Positions 43,701 to 49,811 of a DNA stretch of 57,414 nucleotides are shown here, in pieces (positions within the stretch are counted from its first letter, which is position 1; each line of letters opens with the position of its first letter). The notes under the pieces were generated by a model. It was not told the DNA's origin, did no database searches, and worked only from the letters and a program-made list of their open reading frames with translations. Location: contig JACQOV010000051.1 in the NCBI GenBank assembly GCA_016202395.1, positions 1 to 57,414 on the forward strand, given 5' to 3'. This stretch comes from Deltaproteobacteria bacterium. Its GTDB lineage: Bacteria; JACQOV01. The translations under genes were made by a program, and so were the position numbers.

Positions 43701-44783
43701 ATGGATTTCATTAAATCAAAAGTACTTCAAATTTTAATTGGAGCGATGCTTTTTGCGTTTTCTTCTCAAGCTCAGGAAGTTTTTTATCTGACCGATCATC
43801 TCGGCAGCGCGCGGGTGGTGACCAACGAATCGGGAGCCGAGCAGGCCCGCTATGCTTATTATCCGTTTGGGCAGATTCGGGGTTCCGATCTGAGCCAGTA
43901 TGCTACTTTTAATACCTACACGAATCAGAAATTCGACACCGAAAGCAACCTCTACTACTACGGCGCTCGGTATTATGAACCTGGCTTCGGCAAGTTCTTA
44001 AGTCCCGATCCCCTCCGAGAGATTTTGAATCTTTATACCTATGCTCGAAACAATCCGCTTTTGTTTATCGATCCTGATGGAAAACAGACTCAGATAGAGG
44101 ACCTCAAAGGGGATGAGGATCTGGAGACGGTGCAACAAGCTTATCGGAATACAGTCTACCAATGGGTGGATTACACGCCGATTCTAGGGCCTCTTCGGGA
44201 TGTTCATCGTGTGTTTTTTGATTGGGATCCTGTTGCGGATACACCGCATCATGAATCGGCTCAGGGAGAGAATGAAAGATTGGCTTGGGCCATTGTTCGA
44301 TTGGGGGGGGATGTGATGGCCTTGAGTTTGTTGATGCCGGAGGTAGGTGCGGCAGCTCAAGAGGGGAGAGCTGCTATCAGCCTGGAGGCTCGTGGAAAAC
44401 AATATAGGATCGCTCTCGGATTAAAGAAACCTCTTCGGTATCACGTAAAATCGCTTGAGGAAGGGCATGGATACGGCGATATCAAAACCTATTGGGGAGT
44501 CGTTTTAGATTCTAGGATCTCTCCGGACTCCGGGATGGAACTTTCCTTGATGCCTGGCAAGAAGACATTTTTCCCCAACATCAAGACCATCTTGGAGAAT
44601 CCCAATGTGGAGGCCCACTTTACGATGAACGATTTTAAAGTGCCTGAAGATATGGGGGCAGCGCTGGCAGGGGAATCGAGTCGGACAGATTTTGAATACG
44701 CCAAGATCATGAGGATCATCGAGAAAGATCCTACCCAAGCGGATCGGTTCCACTTTTATTACAATTTCGGGAATAAGAAATGA
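43701..44783 (+). CDS. Cartridge 11: signal peptide + Rhs core + pre-toxin-TG-like segment + putative nuclease-type tip
   Basis: SSQA-QEVFYLTDHLGS..NNPLLFIDPDG; VDYTPILGPLRD; IALGL..HFTMNDF..TDFEY..FHFY pattern. Confidence 0.85.
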   Translation: MDFIKSKVLQILIGAMLFAFSSQAQEVFYLTDHLGSARVVTNESGAEQARYAYYPFGQIRGSDLSQYATFNTYTNQKFDTESNLYYYGARYYEPGFGKFLSPDPLREILNLYTYARNNPLLFIDPDGKQTQIEDLKGDEDLETVQQAYRNTVYQWVDYTPILGPLRDVHRVFFDWDPVADTPHHESAQGENERLAWAIVRLGGDVMALSLLMPEVGAAAQEGRAAISLEARGKQYRIALGLKKPLRYHVKSLEEGHGYGDIKTYWGVVLDSRISPDSGMELSLMPGKKTFFPNIKTILENPNVEAHFTMNDFKVPEDMGAALAGESSRTDFEYAKIMRIIEKDPTQADRFHFYYNFGNKK

Positions 44784-46045
44784 TCTCTATATCCTTGAAG
44801 AAATTCATTGCGATCCCTTTGATAGCGATTTTCTCGGTGACGAGCTTTTCGTCCCCGGGGTTCCAGATTCCGTCGGTTCACGCGGCAGCCTGGGCTCCGG
44901 ATTCTCCCTCTAAGCCCTCTGTCAGTACCCTTCGATATTACAGTTGGGATCATTTAGGGAGCACGCGGGTGGTCACTGATGGCTTGGGTTCAGAGCAGGC
45001 CCGGTATTCTTATTATCCTTATGGTGAAATGCGGGGGAATTGGGATCTTGTACAGCTCCCTTCTTACAGTACCTACACGAGTCAGAAATTCGACACCGAA
45101 AGCAACCTCTACTACTACGGTGCGAGATACTATGATCCGAAGCTAGCTAGGTTCGTCAGCGCCGACCCCATTGTTACGCTGGAGCCTTATGCCTATAGTC
45201 GAAACAATCCTCTTTATTACACCGATCCCGATGGAAATTTTGCTCAGGCTGCAGTAGCGCCTCTTCTCCCTTTCGGCCCTGTGGGATGGGGGCTCGCCGC
45301 GGGGATCCTTGTGGGGGTTACGGTATACGGACTTTGGGCCACCGGGAATCTTCCCGGTTTGGAGGGGATCCGACCGGTTCCTTCCCCCTCACTCAACTAT
45401 CCCGGTTCGACCCCTGTCACTCTCCCTTCGCAGCCGGGGTATCAATCACCAGCTGTTAATACTAAGAATGCGCCGTTCCCTGTTACCGCCTCCCCTTCAT
45501 TGAAAGAGGTTTTTCCGGATGGAGCCGGGCTCCTTCCTCCTCCAGTTTTCCTGAGTCAGGATAAAACCTATGGTGAAGATCATCCCATCGTTGTAGGGAT
45601 AGGACAACAGGCACCACGGGCATACCTCATGCTGCAGCGGGGGGGTAATATAACGGGGGTTACGGCGGTGGATCCGGCGCTTGAACCCATGGGATTTAAC
45701 CCGAGCGTTGAGGAGTTAAGCATCACGGCGGGGGAGTTGGCAGAACTTGGATATCAAGGCATGCGGGTGTTTGTGGATAGACCCGGATTGTGGCAAGGGA
45801 ACACTGTGACTAGCGTTGCACAAATGATAGCTATGCAGGAGATCATGGAGGCAATGACATTAGTCGCTCCGGGTGGAACTCTTATTGCTTCTTACGATCA
45901 CGATGATATCTCTCCCCCTGCTATAGAGATTTTGGCAAAGAGCGGTTGGGGGCTTCTTGCTGCCGATGAGATGGTCCAGGTGATGGCGGACAGTGGTTAC
46001 TTCCCCACAGGGAGAGAGGTGGTTGGCTATCGAAAACCTCAGTAG
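44780..46045 (+). CDS. Cartridge 12: signal peptide + Rhs core + Gly-rich TM + Pro-rich linker + SAM-methyltransferase-like tip
   Basis: YSWDHLGS..NNPLYYTDPDG; IVVGIG, VTAVD and LVAPGGTL motifs. Confidence 0.85.
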   Translation: MISISLKKFIAIPLIAIFSVTSFSSPGFQIPSVHAAAWAPDSPSKPSVSTLRYYSWDHLGSTRVVTDGLGSEQARYSYYPYGEMRGNWDLVQLPSYSTYTSQKFDTESNLYYYGARYYDPKLARFVSADPIVTLEPYAYSRNNPLYYTDPDGNFAQAAVAPLLPFGPVGWGLAAGILVGVTVYGLWATGNLPGLEGIRPVPSPSLNYPGSTPVTLPSQPGYQSPAVNTKNAPFPVTASPSLKEVFPDGAGLLPPPVFLSQDKTYGEDHPIVVGIGQQAPRAYLMLQRGGNITGVTAVDPALEPMGFNPSVEELSITAGELAELGYQGMRVFVDRPGLWQGNTVTSVAQMIAMQEIMEAMTLVAPGGTLIASYDHDDISPPAIEILAKSGWGLLAADEMVQVMADSGYFPTGREVVGYRKPQ

Positions 46046-46046
46046 G

Positions 46047-46073
46047 GGGGTCAGACCTAACTATCTAACTATT
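46047..46073 (+). repeat. RAYT-associated repeat R7
   Basis: 27-bp exact copy one base after the GTAG containing the stop of cartridge 12. Confidence 0.95.
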
Positions 46074-46086
46074 GGAAGGTGGCACA

Positions 46087-47181
46087 ATGACGAATCCAAT
46101 CAAATCAAAAGCGTTTCAGATCCTAATTGGAGTGGCGCTTTTAGGGTCTTTTTCTCAGGCTCAGGAAGTTTTTTATCTCACAGATCATCTCGGCAGCACG
46201 CGGGTGGTGACGAACGAATTTGGGGCGGAACAGGCTCGCTATGCGTACTATCCGTTTGGTCAGATTCGGGGTTCGGATCTGGGGCAACTCGCTTCCTATA
46301 ACACCTATACCAGCCAAAAGTTCGACGCCGAAACGAGTCTCTTCTACTACGGCGCTCGGTATTATGATCCTGGATTGGGAAGGTTTGTGAGTGTCGATCC
46401 TGTTGTAAAATCTTCTATTCCTCAAGATCTGAACCCCTATGCCTATACTTGGAATAATCCGTTGAGAGTGATTGATCCCAGCGGGGGACAGGAAAAATAT
46501 TTCCAGATCCTTCAAGAGTATTTGCGATGGGTGTCAGGGAGAGTAGATAAACTGGATAATAAGATTGATAAGCTCATAAATGATGGAATAGATCTCCAAG
46601 AGCAATATGGTGAATTTGTGTTGCCTTCCGAAGAGAGTATGCGTAAGTGGTTGAAGCTTAACGTTGATTTTGGCTGGAAAACACAAGCTCAGGTAGATGA
46701 GATCCTAAACGACCCTGATAAAATGCAATCGCTTCTAACACGATCTGGAGAATTTGTGATCGATAAGAATAAGAATCCGATCATGTATGAAGCAAATGAG
46801 AAATTGCAGCAAAGGGTGCTCAAACTTATTGAACAAAAATTGCCCATGGATGACCTATTGGAAAGCGCTCATAGTGGTGGGTTGGATGAAGTGTATCAAG
46901 CAGCTTTGAAGGATAAGCAATTTGTAAAATATTTGAAGGGAATAGGGATGTTGTCTATCGCTTTATCTGTTGTGTCTCTTGCAGAAGAGGTGAGCGCTTC
47001 TGAGGATCCTTCTCAGGCCGCTGAGATCATTGATGAACACATTGAAAACTTTGTGGGTAACGGTCTATTGGGTCCCCCTTGGGAAATAATAGCAATAGGG
47101 GCGGGTCTACGCGAGTTACCTGAGCTTGAGGACCCTTACAGCTCGGAGGATTGGGGCCCTTATTTGGATCCTTTTAACTAG
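46087..47181 (+). CDS. Cartridge 13: signal peptide + Rhs core + helical tip + shared C-terminal tail
   Basis: FSQA-QEVFYLTDHLGS..WNNPLRVIDPSG; tail ASEDPSQAAEIIDEH..DPYSSEDWGPYLD. Confidence 0.85.
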   Translation: MTNPIKSKAFQILIGVALLGSFSQAQEVFYLTDHLGSTRVVTNEFGAEQARYAYYPFGQIRGSDLGQLASYNTYTSQKFDAETSLFYYGARYYDPGLGRFVSVDPVVKSSIPQDLNPYAYTWNNPLRVIDPSGGQEKYFQILQEYLRWVSGRVDKLDNKIDKLINDGIDLQEQYGEFVLPSEESMRKWLKLNVDFGWKTQAQVDEILNDPDKMQSLLTRSGEFVIDKNKNPIMYEANEKLQQRVLKLIEQKLPMDDLLESAHSGGLDEVYQAALKDKQFVKYLKGIGMLSIALSVVSLAEEVSASEDPSQAAEIIDEHIENFVGNGLLGPPWEIIAIGAGLRELPELEDPYSSEDWGPYLDPFN

Positions 47182-47200
47182 CCATCGTCAATTGAGTAGA

Positions 47201-47218
47201 GGGTCAGACCTAACTATT
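47201..47218 (+). repeat. RAYT-associated repeat R8 (one CTAACTAT unit missing)
   Basis: GTAGA-GGGTCAGACCTAACTATT directly upstream of cartridge 14. Confidence 0.88.
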
Positions 47219-47234
47219 GGAAGATGATGCGGTG

Positions 47235-48383
47235 ATGAGTTCCATCAAATCAAAAGTAGTTCAAATTTTCATTGGAGCGATGCTGTTTGCGTTTTCTTCT
47301 CAGGCTCAGGAAGTTTTTTATCTCACAGATCATCTTGGCAGCACGCGGGTGGTGACGAACGAGTTCGGAGCCGAGCAGGCCCGCTATGCCTACTATCCGT
47401 TTGGTTTTGCTCGCGGTGAATCGGGAGTTGGGATTCTCACTCATAGGTATACAGGAGGCCCATTGGATCGAGAGGCCTCCCTCTATTATCTTCAGGCTCG
47501 CTATTATGATCCAGCGCTAGGGCTGTTTGTTTCCGTGGATCCCATTCTTGAAACAGGTCAGCCCTATGCGTACGCTCGAAATAACCCAGTTCGGGTCGTT
47601 GATACAACCGGCCTTTCAGGTGAAGATAAAATCGATGACTGGGACTTATTGCGATTGTATTATTACAAAGGATCTTTAGGGGGGGAGGCCGGCATATTCG
47701 AGAAGAGAGGACCTATTGTTGCAGGGGGAGAACATTCGATGGCCGTTCCTAAAACCCTTTCTGGAAACAGTTGGGCCCATCGTCATAACGAAAGAGGGGC
47801 TATTCCTTCAAAGAAGGATATTGAGGTAACCACCCTGGCAGCGGAGGCAGCAGAAGAGGAGTTCTATCATACCGTGCTGGATCGATGGAAAAATGTGATC
47901 GACTTTAGCCTGAGCCCCGATGGAGAAATGACACTCTATCGAAACGACGGTGGAGCGGTTCATTTAGGAAGGGTCAGTGATATTATCGATGGCGCGGTCT
48001 ATCAAGGAGGGTTTGTGGAGGATATGGCTGACTGGACTGAGATCCGAACTTCTCGGGGAACGTTCCGTTTAGAATTGGACAAAAAATTGGGATTTTCATT
48101 AACTCACTTTGCTTTGAATGGTTCCCAACTAACGACTTACGCTATTGGGAGGGAACTTTCCGTATGGGGGGCGGTGAAGGCACGAATCCAAAGTGGAGGT
48201 AGATCGAGAGTGAAGGGGACCGCATTGACGGTGGGGATCTCTCTAGGGCTTAATCTTCTTTTCAAGGATGAAGCGGAGGGATTCGGGGATGTCGTAGGGC
48301 GAACGGCAATTGATATGATCGATCCCATGGTCCCCATTCGTGGTGAACTGGCTTGTGGGGTCGGTGAGGAGTGTCAGCCTTAA
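47235..48383 (+). CDS. Cartridge 14: signal peptide + Rhs core + JAB/JAMM-motif tip
   Basis: SSQA-QEVFYLTDHLGS..NNPVRVVDTTG; HRHNERGAIPSKKD = HxH-x7-S-x2-D with upstream GGEAG. Confidence 0.85.
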   Translation: MSSIKSKVVQIFIGAMLFAFSSQAQEVFYLTDHLGSTRVVTNEFGAEQARYAYYPFGFARGESGVGILTHRYTGGPLDREASLYYLQARYYDPALGLFVSVDPILETGQPYAYARNNPVRVVDTTGLSGEDKIDDWDLLRLYYYKGSLGGEAGIFEKRGPIVAGGEHSMAVPKTLSGNSWAHRHNERGAIPSKKDIEVTTLAAEAAEEEFYHTVLDRWKNVIDFSLSPDGEMTLYRNDGGAVHLGRVSDIIDGAVYQGGFVEDMADWTEIRTSRGTFRLELDKKLGFSLTHFALNGSQLTTYAIGRELSVWGAVKARIQSGGRSRVKGTALTVGISLGLNLLFKDEAEGFGDVVGRTAIDMIDPMVPIRGELACGVGEECQP

Positions 48384-48416
48384 GTGGCAAACTTGGCACA
48401 GAATGGGTTGGGGGAT

Positions 48417-49622
48417 TTATCGAGGAACGTTGGTGTATCGCGTGAATTGGGTTTCATTCAACGCGACCCCTGCGTCGTTTAGTAAATTACCTAAGTAACC
48501 ACCGAATTGATCAAGGTTCGTCTTGTAGTGCCCCGTCCAATCGATAATGTTTGTCATCTTTCCCCCTTCAAACTCAAAATAACCTGCGCCATAACTATTC
48601 TCTCCCCCAACGAGAGAACTATGACCGAAACGCCTCCCAAAGGGGGACTCTTCGAGATCCGCGGCGTTAAAGTAGATATTTCCTTCTCCATCCACGTTGA
48701 AGATGTAGAGCCCCTCGGCAAGCTCTCCCTCGATGCCATAGATGAGCCCATTCTCTCCGACATTTTCTTGCAAAATCAGATGTTGAGACTTTCCCCAATA
48801 CTCCGCCAAGCGGTCGAAATTCTCACGATCAAGAGTCTCTCTTCCATTCGACCATCCCCCTTCGGGTCCCGCGTAACCGTTCTCGGCGGTTGGGCCTCTC
48901 CGCCCCGCAGAAGAAAAACTGTTCCCCCGGGCTTCCCAGGCCGTTTTCAACGAAGTACGTGCATCGTAATAGGCGTCTACTGTGATCCCTGTGGCAACCA
49001 GAGTTAGTGGAACTGTTGCAACGGCCGTCGGAGGGCTCCCTATCGACGCGGCCCCACCTCCAACCATTCCAGCAACCCCTGCAACCATACGATAGGTCGA
49101 TCCCGCAAAGGCCCCCCATTGGAATGCGAAATCTTTCGGCGCAGTTCGGGGATCGTAAAAGGGGCTTGTCGCTGCGATCATCCCTGCCGCGAAACGCCAA
49201 TCCTCGGGATCGCGTCCATTGGGATCCACAAAGCCGAGTGGATTATTATTGGCATAAGTGTAGGGGGAATTATTTTTCAACGGATCGATGCTGATGAAGC
49301 AAGCCAGTTGTGGATCGTAATACCGTGCCCCGTAGTAGTGGAGGTTGGTTTCGGAGTCGAACTTCTGACCGGTAAAAAGGTAAGAAAGATCCCCCTCACC
49401 CCAACCCTCTCCCCTCTGGGGAGAGGGCGAAGGGTGAGGGGAAAATATCTCACCATAGGGATAGTAAGAATAACGGGCTTGCTCTGAGCCAAGACCATCG
49501 GTCACCACCCGCGTGCTGCCGAGATGATCTGTGAGGTAAAAAACTTCCTGAGCCTGAGAAGAAAACGCAAACAGCATCCCTCCAATTAAAATTTGAAGTA
49601 CTTTTGATTTAACGAAATCCAT
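48417..49622 (-). CDS. Cartridge 15: signal peptide + Rhs core (with palindrome) + Gly/Ala TM segment + ART-like tip
   Basis: MDFVKSK..SSQA-QEVFYLTDHLGS..NNPLGFVDPNG; YIFNVDGEG..HSSLVGG..GAG..GGKMTNIIDWTGHY. Confidence 0.85.
   Translation of the reverse strand: MDFVKSKVLQILIGGMLFAFSSQAQEVFYLTDHLGSTRVVTDGLGSEQARYSYYPYGEIFSPHPSPSPQRGEGWGEGDLSYLFTGQKFDSETNLHYYGARYYDPQLACFISIDPLKNNSPYTYANNNPLGFVDPNGRDPEDWRFAAGMIAATSPFYDPRTAPKDFAFQWGAFAGSTYRMVAGVAGMVGGGAASIGSPPTAVATVPLTLVATGITVDAYYDARTSLKTAWEARGNSFSSAGRRGPTAENGYAGPEGGWSNGRETLDRENFDRLAEYWGKSQHLILQENVGENGLIYGIEGELAEGLYIFNVDGEGNIYFNAADLEESPFGRRFGHSSLVGGENSYGAGYFEFEGGKMTNIIDWTGHYKTNLDQFGGYLGNLLNDAGVALNETQFTRYTNVPR
49392..49441 (+). repeat. In-frame palindrome copy P4
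   Basis: Encodes PHPSPSPQRGEGWGEG in minus-strand cartridge 15. Confidence 0.9.
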
Positions 49623-49638
49623 ATTCGTACCATCTTCC

Positions 49639-49805
49639 AATAGTTAGTGTAGTGTAACAGTAATCACTTTACAGGCCGTTCGTGGTGAGCCTGTCGAACC
49701 ATGAACGGAACCCCCCGATATATTTCACCCTTCGACAGGCTCAGGGTGAACGGGATATGTAAAGCCGTTACTGTTACACTACATTAGATAGTTAGGTCTG
49801 ACCCC
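49639..49805 (-). repeat. RAYT-associated repeat R9, split by the MITE
   Basis: AATAGTTAG (49639-49647) + TTAGATAGTTAGGTCTGACCCC (49784-49805); removing the MITE and one TTAG restores the 27-mer upstream of cartridge 15. Confidence 0.88.
49648..49783. mobile_element. 136-bp MITE with 16-bp TIRs and apparent TTAG target duplication, inserted in repeat R9
   Basis: TGTAGTGTAACAGTAA (49648-49663) / TTACTGTTACACTACA (49768-49783); TTAG on both sides; internal hairpins CCGTTCGTGGTGAGCCTGTCGAACCATGAACGG and TTCACCCTTCGACAGGCTCAGGGTGAA. Confidence 0.88.
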
Positions 49806-49811
49806 CCGCTT

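Noticed and set aside
18881-47218. Integron attC sites (ACCTAAC and ATCTAAC match RYYYAAC)
   Set aside because: I saw no inverted GTTRRRY partner or L boxes at attC spacing and no tyrosine integrase; the repeat is instead the terminal repeat of the HUH transposase element
48385-48410. TGGCA motifs between convergent cartridges as a sigma54 promoter
   Set aside because: No GC at the N10 position and no downstream gene start in that orientation
13744-49805. CRISPR array interpretation of the 27-bp repeats
   Set aside because: Copies are 1-14 kb apart, occur in both orientations, are separated by whole genes, and no cas genes are present
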